64,000 nucleotides of DNA from Paraspadella gotoi (lineage: Eukaryota; Animalia; Chaetognatha), in assembly GCA_051294375.1 (NCBI GenBank), contig CM119267.1, positions 10,725,045-10,789,044 of the forward strand, written 5' to 3'. Each line of letters starts with the position of its first letter. Positions within the stretch are counted from its first letter, which is position 1. Shown piece after piece: positions 12,405 to 23,531 of the stretch. Both the position numbers and the translations under genes were made by a program. The notes below the pieces were generated by a model. It was not told the origin of the DNA, ran no database searches, and saw only the letters and a list, made by a program, of their open reading frames with translations.

Positions 12405-15117
12405 TCATTCCGACTCGCTGTCGTCGTCGTCGTCGTCATCGTCGAACATGACGAGGTCCTGCTCGGTCGGGCCCAGAGACCACTTGGCGCGTCCCCAATC
12501 AAAGTCCTCACGCTGCGCGACGCCCGGCACTTCTGGATCAGCCGCTGGGAAAAAGACGGTGAATGGTCCGTCGCTGGCGTCAACATAACTCTGATCGATG
12601 GTAATAAGCAACGCCCCCGTCCGATATGTCTCTCCTAACTGACATCCCTCGTTAGCCGTCCCACGAATGTTCTTGTCAACGCGGCTCATCCGCTTAGCTT
12701 CATCCATTAGGTCGCGATGAAGCCAGGGCATTTCGCCGGGGAGTTTTCGGCAAGGGTGTTCTCTCTTCCCGAATTGCCACTCCTTTTCAGAAGTGAGGTC
12801 GATTTCCCAAACTTCCTGCCCAATGAAAAATAAATTGAAGCGACGATGTGAATGATACAGAATATACAAAATCAGGGGAAGTCGACGGTGCAATTATTAA
12901 ACCTGATCGATAAGGTGTTTGTGACAATCTTGAATTCCACAGTCCCCGTTGTCATCCGGACCAATGGCGCAAAAAAGAACCCGAATGAAGGTAAGTTTGA
13001 TGACGAAGGTTGACGAGACAAGCAGGTTGTAGAGCAGACGATCTTTTCCTTTCCGTTGTCAAAAAAAATCTTAAGTATAGTGGATCTGGCCAGACGTTAC
13101 TATCAAAGAAAATTAATAAAAAATTCCGGAAGAAAAAACGATTGATGGGATAAAGAATTGATTGATATAATAGTAATTGATTAATGAAATATTAATTTAA
13201 TAATGTAATATTAATTTATTAATGTAATAGTAATTGATTGATATAAACGTGATTGATGTAATCGTAATTGATTGATGTAATCGTAATTGATTGAAGTATT
13301 TGTAATTAATGGATGTAATCGTAATTGATGGATATAATCGTAATTGATGGATGTAATTGATTGATGTAATCGTAATTAATCGATGTAATCGTAATTGATT
13401 GATAATAGTAATTGATTGATATAATAATAATAATAGATTGATGTAATAATAATAGTAATTGATTAATAATGCGATGATAACTAATTATTGATGCAATGAA
13501 AACTAAATATTGATGAGATGATAACTAAATATTGATATGATGATAACCAAATAATTGATGCGATAATAACCAAATGATTGATGCGATAATAATAAAATGA
13601 TTGCTGCGATTTCCAGCCGCTGCAATGATTGAAAAAAAAAATACAATTGTTTACAATTAAAAATTGTTACAATTTTACAATTGGAAGTTAGATCTTTTAA
13701 ATTATCAAGTTTCATATAGATCTAAATATTTTTTGTATAAATTTCCTTAATATTATAACTTACTACAAAATACAAATTAGAATATAATATAATGTATCCA
13801 TATGAATCATGACAATTTCAAAGATCTTAAAGATGAGAAGCCATATTTAAATTTTTAACTTACTATGATAGCATAGTTTTATAAAAATCAATCGTAATTC
13901 GTCGTAGTTTTTATGTAAAAAAATAAGACGACGACGACGACGACAACGGCACAAGCAGTTTTAAATATAAATAAAAAATATGAAACGAAAGATGTGAAAA
14001 AAGGATTGAAACCATTCGTCGCTTACCTCTCAACCCTTCAGAGGAGAAGACTCGTGGGTTGTACTTGTGCTCGAGCACTAGTCCGATCCTTTTCGGGGTT
14101 CCGTGTCCGTGATTAGCGAGAGCGCGCAGGGTCTTGACCACCGCGTTTTCCTCTACTTTAATAGGAACCGCGCGAGGGACTTCCCCAGTTTTGCTTTTAC
14201 CGTAGATATAGTACATGAGGCTGACACGTGCGCCGGACGTCACTTCCTTAACCTGGGCGACAAATTTTGGGAGCGGATTAAAAATTAAATCTTTGTCGAG
14301 AGGAAAAATTGAATATAATTTTTTTCTTGCCAACCTCGTACTCGGCCTCGTTAAAAAAGGCCGCCCAGGTGCATCTCACAACCGATTTGCGTTTTGAAGA
14401 ATCGACGCACCACTCTTCGCCCTGGTGGCGGACGAGCAGATTTCCGCCGGTGTGCTTCACGGGTAGGATAATGATAAGGGTGCCAAAGTGGTGGGGGCCG
14501 CGCGGAGATTCTCTATGAGGCAAATACTTGGCGTTTTCCTCGTAAACGAGCATCTTGTGAAAAGTGAGCGAAACGTCCTTTTCCTTGAGAGACTTAGGTG
14601 AGGCCATCGCCTGGATGATTTTCCGCTTCAGAGTCTTCAGTGCCTTGGTCTCCCAATCGTGGTAGTTCTTGAAGAGAATTCGCTCTGGCTCCAACTGCCA
14701 GCACCGACGGTCGGTGTCGGCGGGGTTGCCAGCACGCGCCATCCCGCGCTCGGTTCCGCCCCAGGAAGCTGGACCGCAATGGGATACGAGATCGCGAATC
14801 TGGTCCTCGGTCCACGGGTAGGAATCGAGGGTGAGGATCTTTGACTGATCCGCCGTCATGGTCCGCGGTTGATACGACGAAAAAGGATCTTGGTTCGGCT
14901 TCTTGCGAAGGTCGATCTGAAGCGAAGGAACACTGTAGAGGGCACCTTCGGCGCACGCGGTAACACCTTTCACGTTTCTTTTGATGGCTTTTTCAACATT
15001 TGTCAGTTTCTCCATGAGGTCTTTGTCGTTTTCCATTTCCCGGATGGCGGCCAAGCAATCGCATTCATCCTCGGTGCGCGATTTTACATTAGGATTGGGT
15101 TCGGCCCAGCAAACCAT
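12405..15117 (-). CDS. 2OG-Fe(II) dioxygenase-fold (prolyl-hydroxylase-like) protein, ~521 aa, 4 exons
   Basis: Exons 15117-14335, 14252-14027, 13048-12903 and 12815-12405 splice in frame. Motifs HKMLVYE, FGTLIIILP..HTGGNLLVRH, WAAFF..AEYEVKEVTSGAR, LEHKY, LRGKD and GTANEG resemble the Fe2OG dioxygenase-domain family. Confidence 0.75.
13062..13970. mobile_element. Helentron/DINE-like non-autonomous repeat, family B, copy 1 (intronic)
   Basis: Shares AAAATCTTAA(AA)GTATAGTGG..GCCAGACGTTACTATCAAAGAAAATTAATAAAAAA, a GATGA.AAGCCATAT block and a (GAC)n tract with 57378-58066. Ends are approximate. Confidence 0.6.
13140..13600. repeat. AT-rich minisatellite, ~19-bp unit GATTGATGTAATCGTAATT
   Basis: Tandem degenerate units are directly visible inside the family-B element. 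Confidence 0.85.
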
Positions 15118-15156
15118 GGTACAATAATTCTCGAAAAAGATCTTTTGGACTGCTAC

Positions 15157-15175
15157 CTAAACATGAAAAGGGTAT
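15157..15175 (-). promoter_or_regulatory. Candidate trans-splice acceptor upstream of the 2OG gene
   Basis: Minus strand CCCTTTTCATGTTTAG|G lies ~40 nt before the ATG and ~83 nt after the LMF1 stop, preceded by a U/G-rich tract. Confidence 0.55.
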
Positions 15176-15240
15176 AATTTCAAGAGCAACAAATCTACGA
15201 CTAACTACACAAATTGTTAAAAACTACAAACTCAAAAATT

Positions 15241-17688
15241 CTATGAAAGGCGATTTTGTAAGTCATGTAAGTCCATTGGTGGCCAATAGAATTTATTTGT
15301 ATTTTTTCGACACCACCATTGTCCATTCATCCATTGTTTTCCAAATACGGTACAATACTTGTATTCGTAAAAGAGAATACGGATAAAATTGGGACCCTTT
15401 GCATTCGGCTCTACAAAAGGGTTACAAACTTTTTTATAAACACGCCAAAAACAAACGGCAAAACACCTAAACTCTGAGATAAATTGTAAAATTACCGTCT
15501 TCACGAACTAAAAAAGGGTTGCGACTCAGTAAGGATGAGACTATGGGATCATTTTGAAGCAACTTAATACCAAACTTTAATAACCATTCGTTTTGAAACG
15601 GTTGCTGAAACGCTGCAAACCACATAAGCCAATCCAGCCTATAAAAAGTAAATCTTACACGAAAAATGCGAATAGATTGAATCGCGAAAATATAAACACA
15701 ACCTGTAGTGGTAAGGGCTTATGAAGCATGGTCTTCGAAACGGATTTCCTGGTTTACACTTAAATTCATACGTTAACCAATATCTATCTGAGGCCCACTG
15801 ATCCGTCGAGTTGGTGCCCTAAACTCGAAAAAAAATGTAAATGTATGTGATTTCACAAAGTTACTAGATCACTCACCAGTCACTACAAGACAAAGAAAAA
15901 AAAATACTGTAGTACCTGCACAATTAATTCGTTTCTGGTTTTTGTAACACTTCCAAATGCTCCGTAAGTATTTACAATTCGAAACGGTTCGAACGATGTA
16001 TTCATAACCTATTTTGGGCCACAAAGTCAATGAACGAGCATCAAATTGAAAACTTTCCAAAAATGAATAACTAAAGTGTACCTGTCGTGAAGATACTAAA
16101 TTCAAAGCTACTGGCAAACTGAGATAACAGAGTAATAAGCCTACAGCTATATCAAAACACCGTCGAAAAGTCAGATCAAATTCTTTAGGTTTTTGTACAG
16201 AGGAGCGACGAGAATTCTAAATAAAGATTTTTGACAATTGCACTTAAAGTGTTGAAGAGAGTAAAATATAGAAGAGGTTACCTGCAGCTTAAAAATATTT
16301 CTTGAAGTTTCCATAGGGAAAAACCTGCTTAGGGTAAGATCATCGAAACAAGCCAGACTCGGGATTATAGTAAGCCAATTTAAAAAGCTTAGATTTCCAC
16401 TTATAATCAGTATAACCTGAAACAAAACCTACGGAACAAAGGTTTTCATTTGATATCAGTAGTTTTTTAAGTTTTTATGCAAATGGCGGCATCTATGTAT
16501 TTGGCATATCTCATTGATGATACAAAAAATAAATTATGTTTGCATAAATTAATACCTGAAAGACTCCACATAAGTTCCTACACCATCTTGGAAAAATTGG
16601 AACCAAAAGCAAAGGTAAAAAAAGTTCCACGATGTGATTGGAAAGAACTTCGAACTTATGGAACCAAACTGAATTTAAAACCGTTAATATTGATCTCAGA
16701 AACATCGCCAAGTTAAATGAAAATTACCAGGAGTAATATGAAGAAAGGGAGCAATTGGATTAGGAACAGGCTGTGTGAGATAATGATAATTCATACATGT
16801 CAAATCACGCCAACACTGATCCCCACGTATTTTAATTAAACCAGCTCCAATCATTATTCGAAATATTAGCCATCGATAACAACCTTTAAAATACAAAATT
16901 CAGCAATCAGTACAAACAAACAAACAAACAATTATAAAAAATTAAAGAATAAAATAAAAACAGACCCTTATAATATAAACAATACCTATATATATTCGAG
17001 ATGGTCCCTCATCAGCTGCTTTGAGATAGTTCAATTTAAACGCGCGACAAAGGAATATAGCAAGAAAACCCGTCTCTAACAGTTGTGACTCCCAACCGAA
17101 GCTGTACCATCTTTGTCCCAGATTAATGATTGAATGATAGAGTATCCAAAGAAGAAACATTATTATCATGTTTGCTTTTCCTAAGATAATTGGATGTCTC
17201 ACTAAAATTCATTCAAATTTTGGAAACTGCCATAGAATTACCCGTCATAATAACTAGTAAAGATATAACCAGCCCTGCTGTTGCCATCATATCGAGACCA
17301 AAATCAATATTAGTTTCATAATTCATAAACCATAATAAACTAGGTGATGCAAGCTGCAAATTCAACATATAGTCACCGACGTAGCGACGAATCCTAAAAT
17401 ATATACATTCATTGCAATTAATGTGTTGATATATTGTCAGAAATCATATTTTAATTGCTCACTTTATTACCTCTTCATATACTGATCAGCTGGAAGAATA
17501 CCATTTTTTCCTATAAGAGCTTTATTTTGCTGCAAAGCTACTAAAAATGCAACAAAATAAACGCATGCTATAGACCGCAGAATCACTATTCTCGTTAACC
17601 AATACGTATCTGGTTTTAGAGCAAACTTTTTTAAATGCTTCGATGTTTCTTTTTCTCGAGTTTTAGGGTTATCTTCAGTTTCTTCCAT
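15241..17688 (-). CDS. LMF1: Lipase maturation factor 1 (multi-exon)
   Basis: Exon fragments TYWLTRIVILR..AFLVALQQNKALIGKNG, GQRWYSFGWESQLLETGFL, WLIFRIMIGAGLIKIRGDQCWRDLTCMNYHY.TQPVPNP, SGNLSFLNWLTI and a C-terminal GQWW.R. The ATG at 17688 is inferred. Confidence 0.92.
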
Positions 17689-17943
17689 TTTGCTTTTTGT
17701 CTTCAAATCTATCTTAAACAAACATATACTTCTTCACCAAAAGTTACAGAACAATTAGCATTGTTTTTAGAATAATGGAATGTTCATATAAAATGACTTA
17801 TTTTTCACTATTCTCATAATATGCAGTAAAATATATTGATAAAACTAAAAAGTGAAAATATCAGAATTCTTGGAGTTGCTTAATGCTTATCTCAGAATAT
17901 AATGTGAAACCTTTATTAATATATTAATTTACTTTTTCTATCT

Positions 17944-18540
17944 TTAGTTTTGCGATATCGTCCTATATTTATCCAAGGTTTCAGACGAGAGGATACCAGC
18001 AGATTTCAAGCCCAGAAGCAACTGGGCTTTGGCGTTCCCGACGAAATTGTTTTTTAGAAAAGCAGGTAATCCCCGATCGGAGTTCAAGCTATATAATGGA
18101 ACCCTGAATATCCCGAGCGTCTCGGTCCCGAAATCAGCGGCCCTAGTGACGTTTCGTTCGATCTTAAGAAACGAATTTTCCGATATCCGTTTCATGAAAA
18201 AGTGAAGGCAAATGTCATCGCCTTGAAAACGGTTGGTGACCAAATGAGATGCGATCTGATCCTCCCCGGTGACATTAACGTCTTCGGCATCCACTCCGAT
18301 TTCCTCTTTCATTTCCCTCGCCAGACCGACTTCGATCTCTTCGCCTGGGTCAACGAAGCCACCAGGAAAACCCAAGAAACCGTCAAACCTCATCGTCATT
18401 AGCACCAGCGAATTTAGTGGAATCTCGTCGAACAATTTCGTCTCTGTCTTGGCCCACAACATAACGTGCGCTCCATGGCGAAGATTTTTGTAACTTTTAC
18501 GAGCCAATTGGACGTTGATGTCCGAAATAATCGGTTTCAT
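17944..18540 (-). CDS. NUDT16: U8 snoRNA-decapping Nudix hydrolase
   Basis: 198 aa with MRFDGFLGFPGGFVD, Nudix box GLAREMKEEIG, HFF, G.E.LG..RVPLY, GLPAFL.N.F.GNA..QLL. Confidence 0.92.
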   Translation of the reverse strand: MKPIISDINVQLARKSYKNLRHGAHVMLWAKTETKLFDEIPLNSLVLMTMRFDGFLGFPGGFVDPGEEIEVGLAREMKEEIGVDAEDVNVTGEDQIASHLVTNRFQGDDICLHFFMKRISENSFLKIERNVTRAADFGTETLGIFRVPLYSLNSDRGLPAFLKNNFVGNAKAQLLLGLKSAGILSSETLDKYRTISQN

Positions 18541-18812
18541 TTTTAAGGCAGATTAGTTACATTACGTCTGATTAACAATAGTTACAAAAAAACTATACCC
18601 AGAAAAATAATAAACAATCACAAAATATAAAAATAAATATTTACAGAAAATCTAGACATTGTATTATTCCTTTCTTTTTCGTTGAGTTTGGAGATTTAGA
18701 AAAAGTTTGAATTTTGCTTCGTCAACGAATTTTATTTATATACGGACATGTTTCGATTTCATCAGCGTTGATGAAGACTCGCAACAAAAAGAGTCAAAAC
18801 ATGTCCGTATAT

Positions 18813-21800
18813 AAACAAGTTTGAGCAAACAATGTCGGATCTGCCTACGATAATTAATAATTAATCGATTAATTAATTAATTAATTTTAATATGTAATAA
18901 TTAATTTTAAATTTATATTCAACTTATCATCATCGATGTCCTTAAAATTGGGTTAGGACAGTTATTAAATATGTTTTGTTTACATTTTATCAAAAACAAA
19001 CAATAATCCTATATTTATTTTATGTCTCCTCTCTCTCTCTCTCTCACTCCTCTCTCTCTCTCTCTCTCTCTTTTTTTATGCAATTGCGACGATCTTTATG
19101 CTTTTAAGATTTTTTAACTTGCATGATTAATTAATTAATTAATTAATTAATTAAAACATTTATTAGCAATCATTAATATTAAAGATTCAAGTAAATGTGA
19201 CTTATGTTTTTTCCATCTAAACTCATTTCCACTGGCACAATTCCGTCAAACTTTATAATTATTATATATCAATAAATATTTAAAAGCTTCAGTGCAACAA
19301 CCCAATGAAATAATTCAAAAAGTTACATTGAAAATCGATTTAGTAGTAGAAGGAAAAAAGAAATTTTTTTGAGAGAAATAGAAGTTATAAAAAGAATTTG
19401 GTCAACTGGCATATTTTTGTCAATGGCATAATTTCGTTAATCAATCAATCAATCAATCAATCAGAGAGAGATAGAGAGAGAGAAACTTTAAAAATTCAAA
19501 TAAATGTGTCTTTTGGTTTTCTAATTTGAACTCTTTTCCACTCCTACGATTCCATCAAAAAATTTATATCCAGCTTTATCACATACTTTCCTACCCACAC
19601 ACAAAATTCAATTTCGATTTATCTATCCAATTTTTAATAAACATAATAATTATGAGTAAATTTAAGTAAAAATACTTCAAGTAAATATGACTTTTGTTTT
19701 TTCCATTTTAACTCATTTCCACTCGCACGATTCCATCGAAACTTTCAATCCAGCTCAATCACACACTTTCCTACCATCATACAAAATTTCAAGTCAATTG
19801 CCCTAGCCATATATGAAAAGTTTTGAAATCAAAAAACGAGTATTGTGTAAAAGGTGCCCATACATCATATGAATTTTTTGACCATTTTTTTTCAAAAAAA
19901 AATTTACAGTAAATGCTGCCAACTTTGAAAAAAATGAAAAAAAATGGTAAAAAATGGACTTTTTGCTAAATACTTTAAAGCTTTATTGCTAGAGGGACGA
20001 AACCCAAACTATCTTGTAGAGTGGAAAAAATTGACTATGTTACATACCTCGCGTTATAAATTAAGTTAGTTTTTTACTAAGGAAAATTTTTTTTAAAAAC
20101 CTATTGTTTTGGTCAATTTTTGATAAAATTTTTAAAAAATGATATTTTTAACAATGTTCGTGAAATATTTTGTAAAAAAAATTATGGCGAATTGAATAAA
20201 GAAATAATTACCTTTGTTTTGCTGAAGAAATTTAAAAAAGGATTATTGGTTAAAGAGTTATAATTTTTTAAATTAAAAAAAATCACTTTTCTTAATAATT
20301 ATTTTTATTTAATAGTTTGAACTAAGCTAAAGGGGGAAAAAGGGAATGCACTTTTTTCAGAGTAAATAAAACAAATAGTAAATTCTGATTTGACAATGGG
20401 TAACTTTAATATTTGTTTCACCAGGTCATTAAAGTTTTTTTTGAATTTTTATCATTTTATAATGGAATTATGACTTTTAAATAAGGTAGTTTTTTTAATT
20501 TTTTTATATAAAAGAAAAAAAAATTGACAAAAGTGATTAAATGATTAAAAATTGATAAAATGAGACAAAAAAGAGTAAAATTAATGAAAGTTAAATAACT
20601 GAGAAAAGAGTTTGCTTGCTGCTTGCCGGTCGAGAAAAAAAAGGTTTAGTGCCAAAGAAAGAAAACTAATTTTTCTATTTTTTTATCTATTCATGATTTA
20701 TAGTTAATAATTAAGTCTATTGTAAATAGTCGATTTTAGTTTTAAAATATAATTTTTAATTCATCTTTGATTTTTATTCATTTCATATCTTTTATAGTTG
20801 ATGAATTTATCAACAAGTCGGATCTATTCTTAAATTTATCAAGCAAGCTTAATATATTTTTCTAAGTCTTTTACAACTTTTGATTAAGCAAAATATTTAA
20901 CACAAATTATAATTCAACTCAGTTCTGAGAACAAGCTTGACAAAGGTGAATTTATGAAAGAAATAGAATAACTAGTTTTTTTTCTTTGGCACTCTTGATG
21001 ACTTTTTTTTTCTCGATCGGTAAGCAGCAAGCAACTCTTCTCTCAGTTGCTTTTTTTGTCTCATTTTATCAATTTTTAATCATTTAATCGCTTTGTCAAT
21101 TTTTCTTTTTCTTTTATATAAAAAAATTAAAAAAACTACCTTATTTAAAAGTCATAATTCCATTATAAAATGATAAAATTTAAAAAAACTTTAATGACCT
21201 GGTGAGACAAAATATTAAAGTTACCCACTGTCAAATCAGAATTTACTATTTTTTTATTTACTCTGAAAAAAGTGCATTCCCTTTTTCCCTTTAGCCTAGT
21301 TAAAACCTATTAAATAAAAATAATTATTAAGAAAAGTGATTTTTTTTTAATTTAAAAAAATTATAACTTTTTAACCGATAATCCTTTTTTAAAAATTCTT
21401 TCAGTAAAACAAAGGCAATTATTTCTTTATTCAATTCGCCATAATTTTTTTTACAAAATATTTCACGAACATTGTTAAAAATATCATTTTTTAAAAATTT
21501 TATCAAAAATTGATCAAAACAATAGGTTTTAAAAAAAATTTTCCTTAGTAAAAAACTAACTTAATTTATAATGCATGGTATGTAACATAGTACATTTTTT
21601 CCACTCTACAAGATAGTTTGGGTTTCGTCCCTCTAGCAATAAAGCTTTTAAAGATATTTAGCAAAAAGTCCATTTTTTACCTTTTTTTTCATTTTTTTCA
21701 AAGTTGGCAGCATTTACTGTAAAGTTTTTTTTGAAAAAAAATGTTCAAAAAATTCATATGATGTATGGGCACCTTTTACACAATACTCGTTTTTGATTTC

Positions 21801-22186
21801 AAAACTTTTCATATATGGCAAGGTCTACTATCCACTCATGAGCAATTGGCGTTCAAATAGTGAAACATATTTTTTTTTTTTTTCCATTTAAACCAATTTC
21901 CACTCGCACGATTCCCTCGAAACTTCATATCCATCTCAATCACACAGTTTCCTACCCACACACAAAATTTCATACCAATCCATCCATCCAATCACGAGTA
22001 ATTGGAGTTTTTTGCTAAGGTGGGACGGACGGACGGACGGACGGACATCGTTTTTTTTGTATAATTAATCATAATTCGTTGTTCTGACATGATATAAGTG
22101 TGTGCCCGACAATATTGAGGGGGCGGACCGACGGACGACAAAGTGAGTTATAGAGTCGGGATCTGCTGACAAGCAGATCCGACTAA
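18813..22186 (-). mobile_element. Helentron-associated (HINE/DINE-1-like) element, family A, copy 1, carrying a nested foldback
   Basis: Perfect 11-bp subterminal IR GTCGGATCTGC (18834) / GCAGATCCGAC (22173). Terminal hairpin GGATCTGC-tgacaa-GCAGATCC, (GGAC)n microsatellite at ~22023, AAACAAG end, insertion in an A/T run. A second copy lies at 35661-36240. Confidence 0.8.
19806..21828. mobile_element. Foldback-like palindromic non-autonomous transposon, copy 1 (~2 kb, ~870-bp inverted arms)
   Basis: CCATATATGAAAAGTTTTGAAATC... at the left end, with its reverse complement at ~21795-21819. The arms pair inward to ~20680/20960. No ORF. Confidence 0.9.
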
Positions 22187-22241
22187 TAAAATTCGTTGAA
22201 GCAGAATTCAAAACTTTTTCTAAATATAAAATCTAGAATAA

Positions 22242-23531
22242 CTAAGAAAACAAAACATTCTCGGCCTCCTCGGCCTTTTCGACTTCAAATTTCGGCTTTT
22301 GATCCTTGGCCTCAAACATCTTAATATCGTTAACTACGAAGCGCCACTTCTTTGGATTCCATCCTTCCAATTCTCGTAGAGCAACGGAGATTGCCAGTCT
22401 GTAGGAACGAAACTTCCTAGGGACAGGCACGGTGCACTCATGAGCCCTCCAATAAGCTCCCAGTTCGTACGATCGTTGAGTGAGAGTCTTCCAATTCATC
22501 TCCCTGGCGCAGCCTTGTAGCTTAATGGTTACTGGGCTAGCGCAAGTCCATCGGAACTCCACGCGCATGACTCTCAAGGGTTCGTTGAAATCGAAGCGCA
22601 CCCAATGGTCGTCGGTCAATTTGACGAGCTCAGGGCTGGTGTAATGAGCGACCGCATTGGATGCCACGTTGACGTCGCCACAGATGAACCTCTTGCCTCG
22701 GTGTCGGGGGCGACTCCACCAGCGAAGTTCCCGCGGTCGAACCGAAGAGGGCATTCGTCGAAATTCGCGAGCGTCTTTGAGAAGTTCGAGGCAAGATCGG
22801 CTCGACGCGAGAACCTCCTCGTTGACGGCGGCCAAAGTCAAAAACTCCGTGGTAAGCAGCGGGAGGCGAACGCAACGAAGGACGCGATGAAGCAATGAGG
22901 AGCGAGCAGAGGCGTCAGCGCGCGCCCAGTTGAGAACGGCCTCGTAAATGCAGTATTCCGATTCGACGCGGAGGTTGGAGAGGGAAACCAGGTCTTCAAT
23001 TTCCTCGACTTTCAGTTGCAGAAAAGATTCTTCATCCATCAGATCGACGAAGTGGTACTGAATGAATTGAACCGCCGCCTCCTCGAGCTTCTTCAAGTCG
23101 TGGGTCCGAGCCAATTGCCGAATCTCCAAGCAGTTAGACATGTCCAAGTTCAGCTCTAAAACTTCGCAACACACTTCTCTCGCTTCACGAAACTGAAAGA
23201 AGCAGGCCGTGGTTAGTAGATTTTTTGCGTTGTCTGGGCGGATCTCGAGTTTGCATGTGTAGCAAAACTCGAGGAGCGCGACGAGCGATTTAGCGTCGAC
23301 GTCGTGGAGGCGAATCTCGCGCGTATAGGACTCGCTGAGGCCAGAGTAGAACATCGCGCGGAAATATTCGGAGTAGGCGGAGAGGACCAGACGTTGAGCC
23401 GGGATACGAGTCTCGCCAACGAGTAAAACCACGTCGCAAAATTTGGGGTCATCACGGAGCCACGCCAAGGACGAGACCATATAGTGCGCGTGCTTGCGAG
23501 AGATGTAAGGAGTAGTACACATAGTAAACAT
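22242..23531 (-). CDS. BTB-BACK domain protein with C-terminal discoidin/galactose-binding-like beta-sandwich (no Kelch repeats)
   Basis: BTB FCDVVLLVG...AQRLVLSAYSEYFRAMF; BACK L.VESE..IYEAVLNW...VRLPLL; C-terminal WVRFDF.EP...KLQG....WKTL...FRSYRL. Confidence 0.85.
   Translation of the reverse strand: MFTMCTTPYISRKHAHYMVSSLAWLRDDPKFCDVVLLVGETRIPAQRLVLSAYSEYFRAMFYSGLSESYTREIRLHDVDAKSLVALLEFCYTCKLEIRPDNAKNLLTTACFFQFREAREVCCEVLELNLDMSNCLEIRQLARTHDLKKLEEAAVQFIQYHFVDLMDEESFLQLKVEEIEDLVSLSNLRVESEYCIYEAVLNWARADASARSSLLHRVLRCVRLPLLTTEFLTLAAVNEEVLASSRSCLELLKDAREFRRMPSSVRPRELRWWSRPRHRGKRFICGDVNVASNAVAHYTSPELVKLTDDHWVRFDFNEPLRVMRVEFRWTCASPVTIKLQGCAREMNWKTLTQRSYELGAYWRAHECTVPVPRKFRSYRLAISVALRELEGWNPKKWRFVVNDIKMFEAKDQKPKFEVEKAEEAENVLFS

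Larger units (their letters stand above)
18694..22225. repeat. Short palindromic element (~160 bp) with degenerate hammerhead-like motifs, split by a later insertion
   Basis: Left arm 18694-18753 is the reverse complement of 18797-18814 plus 22186-22225 once the intervening HINE is removed. Confidence 0.7.

Noticed and set aside
13140-13600. Regular ~19-bp repeats superficially like a CRISPR array
   Set aside because: No unique spacers, eukaryotic intron context and no cas genes. It is a minisatellite within a repeat element.
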